Shown: positions 47,010 through 56,484, numbered from the stretch's first letter. The stretch is DNA of 64,000 bases from Candidatus Uhrbacteria bacterium (GCA_016187485.1 JACPJO010000001.1:6195-70194); one strand, 5' to 3'. Notes: generated by a model not told the origin, from the letters alone. Made by a program: numbers and translations.

Positions 47010-47627
47010 ATGAACAATGAGCGGGTGATCCAAATCTACGACAAGATCGCGGAAGAATATGCGCGGAGATACGATCCGATTGAATCCGAAGAGGACCTTG
47101 TCTTTCTAAAAACATTCTTAGACCATCTGAAACCCGGCTCTTATGTTGCCGATATCGGTTGTGGAACTGGCTACTCAACTGGATACTTCACCAAGCATGG
47201 AATGAGCGCCGAGGGCATTGACTTGTCCTCCAGCATGATTGCCATTGCAAAAAGAAATTATCCAGAGATTTCTTTTTCGGTTCAAGATCTAAGACTCTGG
47301 ATGCCGAAAAAATCTGTCAACGCAGTCTGGGCCGGGTACTGCCTTTTTCATCTTGAACAAGACGACTTTGAAAAAACGCTCGCTAACATTCGATCCTACC
47401 TAAAACCGGGAGGTGTATTCGGCCTTGTGATGCAGGAAGGCGAGGGACAGCTGGAAGCGGACGAACCACTTCTTCGAGGAGCAAAAATTTACATTCACCT
47501 GTATACAGAAGAAAGTCTCAGACAGATTTTGGAAAGGCATGGCTTTACCGTTGTTGAAGTGAAAAGAAAAAAACCCATGTATGCAATGGAATTTGCTTAT
47601 AACAAGTTGTTGATCATAGCGACATGA
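47010..47627 (+). CDS. Class I SAM-dependent methyltransferase
   Basis: Motif I VADIGCGTGYST; Methyltransf_11-like layout. Confidence 0.65.
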   Translation: MNNERVIQIYDKIAEEYARRYDPIESEEDLVFLKTFLDHLKPGSYVADIGCGTGYSTGYFTKHGMSAEGIDLSSSMIAIAKRNYPEISFSVQDLRLWMPKKSVNAVWAGYCLFHLEQDDFEKTLANIRSYLKPGGVFGLVMQEGEGQLEADEPLLRGAKIYIHLYTEESLRQILERHGFTVVEVKRKKPMYAMEFAYNKLLIIAT

Positions 47628-47974
47628 CCAGCGCAAAAGATCTCCTCGGTAATATAGTCGACGTCATAGTCGACCGTCCTCTCGGATCAAAACACCCAAC
47701 GCACGACTTTACGTACCTAGTGAATTACGGCTTCGTCCCAGGGACGCAATCGCCCGATGGAGAGGAACTCGATGCGTATCTTTTGGGTATCGATAAGCCA
47801 CTTCAAAACTTCCGTGGTCGGTGTGTCGCTATTATCCACCGAACCAACGACGATGACGACAAGCTGATCGTCGTACCGAGCGACATGACGATCACCGATG
47901 ACCAAATCCGTCAGGCGACTCATTTTCAAGAACAGTACTTCCACTCCGAAATTATTCGCACGCAAGAGTTCTAG
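47624..47974 (+). CDS. Inorganic pyrophosphatase-like protein, N-terminally truncated and divergent
   Basis: DRPLGS..H...YLVNYGFVPGTQSPDGEELDAYLLG...CVAIIHRTNDDDDKLIVVPSD parallels family I PPase (DR.l....YP.NYGfIP.T...DGDPLDvLvl...D.GE.D.KviaV); lacks the first ~50 residues. Confidence 0.5.
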   Translation: MTSAKDLLGNIVDVIVDRPLGSKHPTHDFTYLVNYGFVPGTQSPDGEELDAYLLGIDKPLQNFRGRCVAIIHRTNDDDDKLIVVPSDMTITDDQIRQATHFQEQYFHSEIIRTQEF

Positions 47975-48087
47975 CCTCACTCACTAAGCCCCTGTCACGT
48001 TGGTCGCGACCGACGTAGCCCGCTACGAAGCCGGCCGTTTCAAACGGGCGGTTTTGTGTTAGCATAGCTGCAAAGTTTCCTATCTGA

Positions 48088-48666
48088 ATGTTCCCGTCTA
48101 TGCGAACCAACCTATTGTATAAAATCTTGATAACAGGTTACTCATTTTCAATATTTTCAGAGGCGGTTATTTTACCCATTTATGCGGTGTTTGTGCAGGG
48201 CATTGGCGGTGATATTTTGGATGCAGCCGGGGCGATGGCTGTTTTTTTGATTACACAAGGATTATTCACGATTGTTACCCATCGTTTTTTCTGGGTTCAT
48301 CGGCACAGCATTCCCGTGATGGTCGGCGGCTGGGCGGTGTGGGTATCCGGGATTGCTATGTACCTCATGGTTTCCAACGTCTTGACTTTGTTTATTGCCC
48401 AAATATTTATCGCCCTAGGAAACGCCATTGCCGATCCGATATTCGACAAAGAATTAGCTCGCCACACCGACCATAAAAATGAAGAATTTGAATGGGGAGT
48501 TTTTGAAGGTAGCCAATCGATCATTCAAGGGGTAGCCGCTGTAATTGGAGGACTCATCGTTTCTTTATTTAGTTTTCAGGTTTTGATTTATCTCATGGTT
48601 GCGACAGCGACTGTTTCTCTTGGGATGATCATTTTTTATTACTCGAAAATCCGGAAAGATGTATAG
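48088..48666 (+). CDS. hypothetical polytopic membrane protein
   Basis: 6 predicted TM helices; no motif recognised. Confidence 0.4.
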   Translation: MFPSMRTNLLYKILITGYSFSIFSEAVILPIYAVFVQGIGGDILDAAGAMAVFLITQGLFTIVTHRFFWVHRHSIPVMVGGWAVWVSGIAMYLMVSNVLTLFIAQIFIALGNAIADPIFDKELARHTDHKNEEFEWGVFEGSQSIIQGVAAVIGGLIVSLFSFQVLIYLMVATATVSLGMIIFYYSKIRKDV

Positions 48667-48809
48667 ATGGAAACCGATTACATCACTCTGTGAAGACATG
48701 GCGATGGTTCTCACCTCGCTTGCGAACCCCTGCCACGAAAGCATCAGCTCAACCAGTCTGGTGTTTTTGTTTTCAGGTTGCTACCCTTCGATTGGATTTA
48801 ACCTCGTGT

Positions 48810-49382
48810 ATGGCTACCACACACAAAATACTCTTGTTCGGCAAAGCAGGGTCAGGCAAAGACACGCAGGCAGATTTGTTGGCCGCGCGGCTTGGGTTAG
48901 TCAATCTCTCCATGGGAGGCATTTTGCGCGCCGAAGTGGCAGGCGGATCGAAGACCGGCAAGAAAATCGCGCACTACTTGGAGCGAGGTGAGATCATTCC
49001 TCATGATATCGGCCCGCGATTGATGAGGTCCCATGTGTTGGAAGAGACCACGCAGCGGTCCGGATATGTTGTGTCGGGTTTTCCACGCACATTGGACAGC
49101 TTCCAAACTTACCTGGCGTTTGATGCGCCCACGGCACTCGTCGTATTACACGTGCCCGACGAAGTCGCACGCGATCGACTGATCGCTCGCAGGCGACACG
49201 ATGATTACGAGGAGGCAATCAACAAACGCTTAGAATTGTTTCGAGAAGTAGACGAGCAGACCATTGCGTGGGCCAAAACACATACCGCTATTCCGGTGTT
49301 TGAGGTCAATGGTGCCTTGTCTGTGAAACACGTGCACAAGACAATCCTTGAGATGGTCTCCGAATCGTTTACCAAAGAGTAA
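48810..49382 (+). CDS. Adenylate kinase family protein (short type, atypical P-loop GKAGSGKDTQ)
   Basis: ILLFGKAGSGKDTQADLLAARLG, LSMGGILRAEV, GYVVSGFPRTLDSF; start at MATTHKILLF, not at the tracked 48690. Confidence 0.55.
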   Translation: MATTHKILLFGKAGSGKDTQADLLAARLGLVNLSMGGILRAEVAGGSKTGKKIAHYLERGEIIPHDIGPRLMRSHVLEETTQRSGYVVSGFPRTLDSFQTYLAFDAPTALVVLHVPDEVARDRLIARRRHDDYEEAINKRLELFREVDEQTIAWAKTHTAIPVFEVNGALSVKHVHKTILEMVSESFTKE

Positions 49383-49447
49383 TTTTAAAACGTCCAGGAG
49401 CTGGTCATCTGTGCAAACGTTGGTATGTGTGTAGTAGAGGGCATGTT

Positions 49448-49481
49448 AAACAAGAGACTCTGTTGCCAGAGTCTCTTGTTT
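49448..49481. terminator. perfect 15-bp-stem bidirectional terminator
   Basis: AAACAAGAGACTCTG-ttgc-CAGAGTCTCTTGTTT with flanking A and T runs. Confidence 0.6.
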
Positions 49482-49507
49482 AATGAAATGAGATGTTTGA
49501 GGCCAAG

Positions 49508-49612
49508 TTACTTCTTCCCAATATACTTCACCAGTGCAATGATGCCGAGGACGACGAGGATCCAAAGCAAGAGAATCGTGAGTGAACCGAACCCGGAACC
49601 AAAGCCCATCAT
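49508..49612 (-). CDS. candidate 34-aa membrane peptide MMGFGSGFGSLTILLLWILVVLGIIALVKYIGKK
   Basis: Below the ORF-track cutoff; single TM plus KK tail; terminator 49448-49481 lies directly downstream on the minus strand. Confidence 0.25.
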   Translation of the reverse strand: MMGFGSGFGSLTILLLWILVVLGIIALVKYIGKK

Positions 49613-49703
49613 GTTTGAATAAAAACTCATCATAGAGATGTGAAAAAATGAATAAGAGAGTGGAATAAGAACCATTATACTCTTCATTCATCAAAGACGA
49701 GAG

Positions 49704-50666
49704 TCAAGGGAGGAGGTAGTAGAGACGGCGTGTCCCCGATTTAGTAAGCAGGAATCTTTGTACTTCCAGCTCGTGCAAATGAAACAAAAGGGAAAATGTG
49801 CTTGTTTTTCCCGCACGAAGGGGATCTGACCCAGAAATACTTCGACAGACAAGATACCCACCGAACGGTTCGCACAACCAGTCGGAATTTCCCGCGCCTT
49901 TCCCATTGATGTCTACGTCCGTGATTACCTGTTCCGGGAGATTCTTGAGATCTATACCGAGAGCAACAACGCCGTTTTCTTGGTTTTGTATGGAAATGCG
50001 CTCCTCCACGACATTTGGTTCGAAATACGGCGCACGTTCCCTGCTGAATCGAATGAAGGGTGCTTGAGTCCACCGAACGTGATTACTCATTGGCAAAAAC
50101 GATGAGAGGTCGGCATCGTCCGTGATTTTTTCTTTTGCTTTATCTACGGCCCATGTTGCCGCTTCAAAACCGAACGTTGCAGCCAGAAACGAGCCGAGAC
50201 CAAGAAAGCCACGAAACCATCTCCCGATTTTTCCGAAAACACCTGGCCGAATGTTTGATGTTGATGCAAGAGGGCGCAACGGTTTGTTGTGCTCTGCGAG
50301 TTCCTTAATCATCTTCTCGCGCAGACGTGCCTCATCGGTGAGAGGGGGATGTGCAGGCTTGCCGGTGAGATTTTCAAGCTGTCTCGTTAGCCGGGCTTTT
50401 TCCAGCAGGAGGTCCTGTATTTTCTTAATGACACGTTTTGACGAAAACCTGTCAAAAAACGTACGATGGACGTTCTTATTATCGCGGATGTAGCGTTGCA
50501 GAGTCTCTTCGTAGTGGGGGCCGTAGGATTGTAGGCGTCTTTCGCACTTCACCAATGTGCGACGAATAATCTGCTCGTCACTTTGTCCAAGCAGACGCCA
50601 AAATTTTCGCGCAAGCCACTCAACGAACGATTCCTTCGCCGGAATGGTTGGTTTGACACTCGGCAT
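49704..50666 (-). CDS. hypothetical protein with central TM segment
   Basis: Coiled-coil N-half, TM FLGLGSFLAATFGFEAATWAV, globular C-half; no recognisable domain. Confidence 0.4.
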   Translation of the reverse strand: MPSVKPTIPAKESFVEWLARKFWRLLGQSDEQIIRRTLVKCERRLQSYGPHYEETLQRYIRDNKNVHRTFFDRFSSKRVIKKIQDLLLEKARLTRQLENLTGKPAHPPLTDEARLREKMIKELAEHNKPLRPLASTSNIRPGVFGKIGRWFRGFLGLGSFLAATFGFEAATWAVDKAKEKITDDADLSSFLPMSNHVRWTQAPFIRFSRERAPYFEPNVVEERISIQNQENGVVALGIDLKNLPEQVITDVDINGKGAGNSDWLCEPFGGYLVCRSISGSDPLRAGKTSTFSLLFHLHELEVQRFLLTKSGTRRLYYLLP

Positions 50667-50767
50667 ATGCCTTTATTTTAGCACATATGTCCTACGTTCA
50701 TTCTTGAAGGATGGAAAAGCCATCTTCTGATAATCATCCACAGAGCGGTACTCACCTTTTGTGAGCA

Positions 50768-51079
50768 GTGGTACCATTAATGCTGATCGGCCAGTTAATG
50801 GCCCATAAAATTTTTCCTATGACGACACCATCGTCTTCTCACGCCGCTCGCATCGGCGGTTTTCTTGTTGTTCTTTATGCGGTCTGTCTTATTTGGCCCG
50901 CTGTATTTCCCTATGAAGCGGCGGTCCGTGAATTCCATCTTCTCTCACTCAAACTGGCGTTCCCGGGTTTTCAGGGAATGGCTGTGGGGAGCATTATATG
51001 GGGTGGTGTGTTGAGTTTTGTATACGGATTCGTCGGTTCCTACATTTTCCACGCACTTCATAAGAACTGCTGCAAGTAA
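50768..51079 (+). CDS. hypothetical small membrane protein
   Basis: 103 aa, 3 TM helices, C-terminal HKNCCK. Confidence 0.35.
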   Translation: MVPLMLIGQLMAHKIFPMTTPSSSHAARIGGFLVVLYAVCLIWPAVFPYEAAVREFHLLSLKLAFPGFQGMAVGSIIWGGVLSFVYGFVGSYIFHALHKNCCK

Positions 51080-51128
51080 GCGTGAAATACATGTGTAGGA
51101 GAGACGGCCCACGATGTGGGCCTAATGG

Positions 51129-51452
51129 TTACATTTTCGGAATCTGATCAATTGCTCGTGCAAGAATGAAATCGTTTTCAGTTAGTCCATTCGCTGCGTG
51201 TGTTCTGAGAGAAACTTTCACGCGGCCCCAGCCAATTTCAAGATCGGGGTGATGCCTCTCGGCTTCCGCAATCTCTCCAACCTTGTTTGCAAACGCCAGC
51301 GCGTCCTTAAAGTTTTTGAATTTCCATTCTCGCCGAATCGAGCGCTCTTCCTCCACCTTCCACTGTGCGTCAATTTGTTGCACTAACTCCCGCACGTTCT
51401 CTGATGAAAGCGCGGTAGCCCCGCCCTCGCACGGCACGCAGTGTAATTTCAT
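51129..51452 (-). CDS. Pterin-4a-carbinolamine dehydratase
   Basis: E..HHPD[LI] motif (AEAERHHPDLEIGWGRVKVSL). Confidence 0.75.
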   Translation of the reverse strand: MKLHCVPCEGGATALSSENVRELVQQIDAQWKVEEERSIRREWKFKNFKDALAFANKVGEIAEAERHHPDLEIGWGRVKVSLRTHAANGLTENDFILARAIDQIPKM

Positions 51453-51566
51453 AGGTGGATGATGTTCACAAGCACTCTAAAACGTTCGGCCCATGGCGTC
51501 AATTTTCTGTGTCTTGGAACCTTCTTGGTCAGCTCGTGAGTGGTTTTGTGCTAAGATGATGCCGAT

Positions 51567-52823
51567 ATGCTGCGGATTCTCAACTTTTTCAGACGTGAAT
51601 GGGCGTATCTCTGCGAGGTGTCGGTTGATCAGCGACGATTGCTCGGCGGAGCCTTTCTTTACGGCGTAGCGACACCGGTTGTTTATGTCTTCTCGAATAC
51701 CTATTTGTGGCGCCAGTCGGCAGACCCCATCGTGCTTGCTCTTTTTAATACAGGATTTTTTGGCGGTCTGTGGTTTGGTTTTCTTGGGAACGGCCTTCTT
51801 TTGCGCCGGTTTGCTTCGCCGCGACTCTATTTTCTTGGCTGTCTTCTACAAGGTCTTGTACCGATTACTCTCGTAACTCTGCATGCAAAGGCCGATAGCG
51901 TCGCTCTTCTTCTTGGACTCGTTTTGGGCGTCGCCGGCGGTTTTTATTGGGGCAATCGAAATTATCTCACGTCGGAACTCACTGTAGGACCGCGCCGGCT
52001 AAAGTTCATCAGTCTTGAGTCTACGGCCACTCTTCTTGCGGCGGTGCTTTCCCCAGTCATTACCGGTTGGCTCTTGGTGCTTGGTGAGCGCACCGGATGG
52101 TATACAACGCAAAGCGCGTATCAAGTAGCGGCCGGGTTTGCGTTTGTCGTGCTCATTGTGGCAGGGCTTCTTGTGGCGCACATCACGCACGTACTTCCTC
52201 CGCTTGAACATCTGCGCATTCATTCGCGGAGGGGACGGTGGAACCAATTGCGCCTGCTGGAAGTTTTCAACGGATTTGTTGACGGCCTTGAGGGGGCGAT
52301 CCCGCTCGTGATCCTGCTTACCTTTGTCGGTCTTGAGCACGCCATTGGCACGATTGATTCTTTGGCGGCCATCCTTGCCTCTCTCGGACTCTATCTCATC
52401 GGCAAGTGGGCACGGCACGATCATCACATCAACCTTCTCCGCCTATGGGTCGTGTTTACGTTTCTTGGCCGCGCTCTCTTTAGTCTTCTTTACTCAACGG
52501 CTGGCGCACTTGTTTTCTACACGGTGGAGGGGTTTGTTGGGGGGTTCCGGTGGAATTCCATGGTGAGTGTGGTCTACGAGACGATTGACCGCGAGCAGGA
52601 CGGGCAGGCGAGCGCGCGGCGCTACGCGTACCTTACCGACCGCGAGCTGTTTCTCAACGCTGGCCGTGTTTCCGCCCTTCTCTTGTTCATTGTTCTTTAC
52701 GCGAACGCCCCTGAATTCACCATCCGTTACGGGCTTCTTCTCGGTCTTGCCGCCCAGATTCCTTTGCTGGTACTTGCGAAGAAACAAATTCGTCCGCGAG
52801 CGCAGTTAGATTCGCCACTCTGA
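51567..52823 (+). CDS. MFS transporter
   Basis: 12 TM helices in 6+6 arrangement. Confidence 0.7.
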   Translation: MLRILNFFRREWAYLCEVSVDQRRLLGGAFLYGVATPVVYVFSNTYLWRQSADPIVLALFNTGFFGGLWFGFLGNGLLLRRFASPRLYFLGCLLQGLVPITLVTLHAKADSVALLLGLVLGVAGGFYWGNRNYLTSELTVGPRRLKFISLESTATLLAAVLSPVITGWLLVLGERTGWYTTQSAYQVAAGFAFVVLIVAGLLVAHITHVLPPLEHLRIHSRRGRWNQLRLLEVFNGFVDGLEGAIPLVILLTFVGLEHAIGTIDSLAAILASLGLYLIGKWARHDHHINLLRLWVVFTFLGRALFSLLYSTAGALVFYTVEGFVGGFRWNSMVSVVYETIDREQDGQASARRYAYLTDRELFLNAGRVSALLLFIVLYANAPEFTIRYGLLLGLAAQIPLLVLAKKQIRPRAQLDSPL

Positions 52824-52904
52824 AAGATTTTCCCTGCCCACACGTCTACTGGCAGAAGGGAGACGTATAGGCGTAAGATAAAAAAGAGATGACCGTCACA
52901 TAGT

Positions 52905-53396
52905 ATGACGCCCCAAGAGAAGTTCCTGGAAGGCTACGACAAGTACGCAGATGCGATCTTTCGACACTGCCTGTTTCGCATCTTTTCCCGCGAACGGGCG
53001 GAAGAACTAGCTCAGGAAGTTTTTACCCGCACATGGGCGGTTATGTGTCGAGGAGAGCACATCCTTAATTTCCGCGCGTACCTCTACCGTGTGGCGAATC
53101 ATCTCGTGATTGACGAGGTGCGGAAGAAGAGGCCCTCCCTCACGGTAGACGAACTGCTGGAAAAGGGGATTGAGCCCTCTACGGACGAACACAAGCGCCT
53201 TCCGGACCTTCTCGAGGGACGTCGAATTTTAGAAAGACTGGAACAGCTGCCGGAGGACGATCGCGAAGTCCTTCTTCTGCGCTATGTGGACGGACTCGGT
53301 CCCAAAGAAATCGCCGACCTTCTTCATTGCGAACCCAACACGGTCTCTGTGCGAATCCACCGGGCCGTGAAACGTCTGCGTGACCTCTATGTTTAA
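52905..53396 (+). CDS. RNA polymerase ECF sigma factor
   Basis: Region 2 (YLYRVANHLVIDEVRKK) and region 4 (LLLRYVDGLGPKEIADLLHCEPNTVSVRIHRA). Confidence 0.8.
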   Translation: MTPQEKFLEGYDKYADAIFRHCLFRIFSRERAEELAQEVFTRTWAVMCRGEHILNFRAYLYRVANHLVIDEVRKKRPSLTVDELLEKGIEPSTDEHKRLPDLLEGRRILERLEQLPEDDREVLLLRYVDGLGPKEIADLLHCEPNTVSVRIHRAVKRLRDLYV

Positions 53397-54606
53397 CACG
53401 CCATTACGACAACTTAAGGAGCTCAAAAAAGCACGGCTTTCTTTGGATCGCCGCGCGGCTGTTCGCGAAAACGTAAAAGCGTTTATGGCGGCCAATCCCG
53501 TAAGAGACGCGGAGGCGTTCCGTCACATAGGACAGATGCGGCCGAGCATCTTTTATCTACTTCACTTTAAACCTATGATCGCTATCATTCTTGCTCTCGC
53601 CATTTTGGCGGGGGGTGGAGCGTCCGCGGCGGCGCAAGGCGCTTTGCCGGGAGATGCCCTTTACCCGGTGAAGACCGAGGTGAACGAACGCGTGCGCGTG
53701 TGGTTTGCGGGAGATACAGAAGCGCGTGCGCACGTGGAAGCGGCGCTGGCCGAACGACGCTTGGAAGAGGCGGAGAAATTGTCGGTGCGGGCGGACATTG
53801 GAGCAGATGCAGAGGAACGGATTGAGGCAAACTTCGACGCATTCGCGAAGCGTGTGGCTGACCGTGCAGCAAGGCTTGAGGCAGACGGGAATGCAGGAGC
53901 CGCGGCGGCAGTAACCGCCAGGTTCGAAGCGGCGCTTGAGGCGCACAGTGACATCCTTGCACGTCTCAAAGAGGCACAGGAGGCACAAATAGACGAGGAT
54001 GACGATGATGCGGCGGTGCTTGGAAAAATTCGCGTGCGCGTAGAGAATCGCCGTGAGGACGCGGGCGAAGCACGCGCGCGTGTGGAGGCGAAACTTCGTG
54101 CAACAGTCGAAAATGCGCCCGATATAGAGGCGGCGGCGCGTGGACGGCGCCAGGTGGTAGAGAATAAAATTAGAGAAGTGTCGCTCATGCTTGAGCGGGT
54201 GGGTGGGCGCGTGAGCGCGGAGACGGCGGCACAGGCGGCGGCGAAGGTTGAGGCAGCCAAAGCGCTTCTCGCGAAGGGAGATGCGTCTGTGGAGGCAGAA
54301 GCGTATGCGCAAGCCATTGCAGATTATACGAACGCGCATATCGAGGCACAGAATGCCCAGCGTCTCATTGTGGCGAATATGGAACTCGGTATCTCTGCCA
54401 TACTTGGGGCGACGGTAAGGGCAGATCGTGGTGACGAGGAGGAAAAGAGTGACGAGAAAAATCAAGCACAGAAAGAGGACGAAGATCGTGACGAGGACAA
54501 AGAAGAGGTAAATGAAGTCGAGGCAGAAGTCGATGTGGGAGCGGACACGTCTGTAGGAAATGTCCGCGCGAACATCAATGCAGGTGCCAGCGTTAATCTC
54601 CGATAG
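53389..54606 (+). CDS. Putative membrane anti-sigma factor (DUF5667-like extracytoplasmic domain, acidic tail)
   Basis: ATG overlaps the sigma gene stop; short cytoplasmic N-terminus, TM MIAIILALAILAGGGASAAA, Ala/Glu-rich helical domain. Confidence 0.5.
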   Translation: MFNTPLRQLKELKKARLSLDRRAAVRENVKAFMAANPVRDAEAFRHIGQMRPSIFYLLHFKPMIAIILALAILAGGGASAAAQGALPGDALYPVKTEVNERVRVWFAGDTEARAHVEAALAERRLEEAEKLSVRADIGADAEERIEANFDAFAKRVADRAARLEADGNAGAAAAVTARFEAALEAHSDILARLKEAQEAQIDEDDDDAAVLGKIRVRVENRREDAGEARARVEAKLRATVENAPDIEAAARGRRQVVENKIREVSLMLERVGGRVSAETAAQAAAKVEAAKALLAKGDASVEAEAYAQAIADYTNAHIEAQNAQRLIVANMELGISAILGATVRADRGDEEEKSDEKNQAQKEDEDRDEDKEEVNEVEAEVDVGADTSVGNVRANINAGASVNLR

Positions 54607-54618
54607 AGAAAAATCAAA

Positions 54619-54646
54619 AGAACCGGCTTTCGCCGGTTCTTTTTTG
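54619..54646. terminator. bidirectional intrinsic terminator
   Basis: AGAACCGGC-tttc-GCCGGTTCT followed by TTTTTTG. Confidence 0.6.
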
Positions 54647-54651
54647 TGGGA

Positions 54652-55287
54652 TTATCGAGAGGTAAGACGCTGCGCAAAAATATCTTGGAAGAGGACTTCT
54701 GCATCTTCCGTGTACAGTCCCACACGGCCGGTAGTGTCGAGGATGTCGTTCTCACTCATGGCGTAGCGCGCAACTTCTTGTCCATTGACGAAGACAAAGA
54801 TACGGCTGCTTCGTACGACAAGTGTTACATCGTAGCTTTGGCCGATGGGAAAAGAGAGGTCCCCGACGCGCGAGGTGTATAAAAAGTTTTGCTCTCCAGG
54901 CCCGAGGTACTCACCAATCTCCACGCCATATCCATCCGGTTTCAAGATAAGATATTTAAAACGGCCGTCCGGCTTGTAGTCAAACAAGAGCCAGCCGGTT
55001 TCCCACGGGTTTGGAGGCGAACCGGTACGCAATTGTCGGACAGGTGTCATGGTCGTGCGAAACACGTAAGGTTCCGAGAGCGGGTATTTGGCAAGGACAA
55101 GAGACGCGTGTGTCTCGCTCGGTTCCACAGATGCTTTGGGTACAAGAGACCATGTGCCGTTTTCAAAAAGATTTGTCCCGTACCCATTGTAGACGTCGAG
55201 CCATCGGCTTGGTTGCGTAAGGTACGCGGCATGGGTTTGCGGGGCAAAGAGGATGAAAAGAAGGAAAATTGAGGCGAGAAATTTCAT
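54652..55287 (-). CDS. Secreted LamG/DUF1080-like jelly-roll protein
   Basis: Signal peptide MKFLASIFLLFILFAPQTHA; beta-rich; the tracked ORF's N-terminal 120 aa (to 55647) are read-through of the neighbouring gene. Confidence 0.45.
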   Translation of the reverse strand: MKFLASIFLLFILFAPQTHAAYLTQPSRWLDVYNGYGTNLFENGTWSLVPKASVEPSETHASLVLAKYPLSEPYVFRTTMTPVRQLRTGSPPNPWETGWLLFDYKPDGRFKYLILKPDGYGVEIGEYLGPGEQNFLYTSRVGDLSFPIGQSYDVTLVVRSSRIFVFVNGQEVARYAMSENDILDTTGRVGLYTEDAEVLFQDIFAQRLTSR

Positions 55288-55346
55288 ATAAAAGCACCTT
55301 AGCACAAACGAAAGAAGCGCCAAAGCGCTTCGAGAAAGAAAGGACT

Positions 55347-56069
55347 CTAGAGGCCGGCGAAGGCGAAGTCGTAGCCCTCGCGTGTGATAGCGAAGGTGCC
55401 ATCGCTCTTCTTCACGAGCCAGCCCATGCCAACCAGGTGGCGAAGAGCGCCCGCCGCCGACCGCGGGTTGTCGTAGGGAGGCGCGATGGTTTCGAGAGCG
55501 TCTTCCCGCGAGAGCGGTTCGCAGTCGCGCCGGACTTGCGCTCGCGCGTGCTTGCGCAAAGCGGCAGCGGCAAGACGCCGGCGCCGGTCCCTTGCTCCGC
55601 AGAAGTCGAAGATCGCGGTGAAGCTGTCGATGGTGTCGCCCAGACACATCTGATCCATCTCTGACAAAGCAGAGAGCGTCGCTTCATCGGGTGGGTCGAA
55701 CATTTCTGGCCTGAGGTGGTAGACCACGTTTGGGTCGGCCACAAGCCGGTCATGCAGACGTGCGAGCGCGCTGCTTGCGATGGTGTGAGCCGCTGACGGA
55801 TCTCCGCAGAGCGCAAGACCCGCGAGGATCTTCTCTGCATCGGGATTCACGCTGTAGGACTGGCTTCTCTGGTGGTAGGCCACGAGCCCAGCTTCTCGCA
55901 GAACGGGCAGGTCACTGACGTCCCCGCCTACCTGCTCCACCAGGAACACGACGACCCGGCCGTGGAGCCGGATGTTTTCCGTCACGTTCTCCCAGAGCAA
56001 CAGAGTGCGCACGATGGCCGCACACACGTGTGTCATTTTGGCCTGCCATGCAAGAACGACTTCGGGCAT
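55347..56069 (-). CDS. hypothetical protein with C-terminal winged-helix-like segment
   Basis: GGAGGA 5 nt before the ATG at 56069; GC-rich; LRHLVGMGWLVKKSDGTFAITREGYDF resembles a wHTH wing. Confidence 0.4.
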   Translation of the reverse strand: MPEVVLAWQAKMTHVCAAIVRTLLLWENVTENIRLHGRVVVFLVEQVGGDVSDLPVLREAGLVAYHQRSQSYSVNPDAEKILAGLALCGDPSAAHTIASSALARLHDRLVADPNVVYHLRPEMFDPPDEATLSALSEMDQMCLGDTIDSFTAIFDFCGARDRRRRLAAAALRKHARAQVRRDCEPLSREDALETIAPPYDNPRSAAGALRHLVGMGWLVKKSDGTFAITREGYDFAFAGL

Positions 56070-56188
56070 ACTGTCCTCCGCTCGTAGTATGGCGTCACTC
56101 CTACTCTCCGTCAACTATCCACACAAAAAACGTTGTCTGGGGAATTTAGTGCTAAAATAAGCTTATCTAAATTTTATTCATTTCGTTT

Positions 56189-56404
56189 ATGATGTCACCA
56201 GCCATGTGCGGGGTACACAAAGTGAGTTGCGTGCTCGTGTTTGTCGGAGCTATTAATTGGGGTCTCGTGGGATTGTTCGACTACAATCTTGTAAACGCCA
56301 TTTTGGGCGGATGGGCGGGTGTAGAGCGCGTGGTGTACGTGCTTGTCGGTTTGGCCGGATTAGCGATGCTTGGGACGCATAAATGTAAGATGTGTAAAGC
56401 GTAA
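56189..56404 (+). CDS. DUF378-family small membrane protein
   Basis: VFVGAINWGLVGLFDYNLVNAILG pattern. Confidence 0.55.
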   Translation: MMSPAMCGVHKVSCVLVFVGAINWGLVGLFDYNLVNAILGGWAGVERVVYVLVGLAGLAMLGTHKCKMCKA

Positions 56405-56430
56405 GGAACCTTTAGAACGTTCCCGGAGTC

Positions 56431-56465
56431 AAAGGTGCCGCACCGAATTGGTGCCCGGCACCTTT
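56431..56465 (+). terminator. intrinsic terminator (10-bp stem)
   Basis: AAAGGTGCCG-(15-nt loop)-CGGCACCTTT; a TATAAT at 56471-56476 sits 8 nt before the next ATG. Confidence 0.55.
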
Positions 56466-56484
56466 TGCGATATAATCAGAGCGT

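Noticed and set aside
46774-47178. 134-aa minus-strand ORF
   Set aside because: It runs through tRNA-Trp and two terminator hairpins, and its translation is basic low-complexity. The 47-aa frame and the tRNA explain the region better.
49425-49622. 65-aa plus-strand ORF
   Set aside because: It overlaps the perfect terminator hairpin and is antisense to the more plausible 34-aa membrane peptide frame.
53557-54465. 302-aa and 218-aa minus-strand ORFs antisense to the anti-sigma gene
   Set aside because: Cys/Arg/His-rich nonsense composition; the plus strand has a sigma/anti-sigma pair with start-stop overlap.
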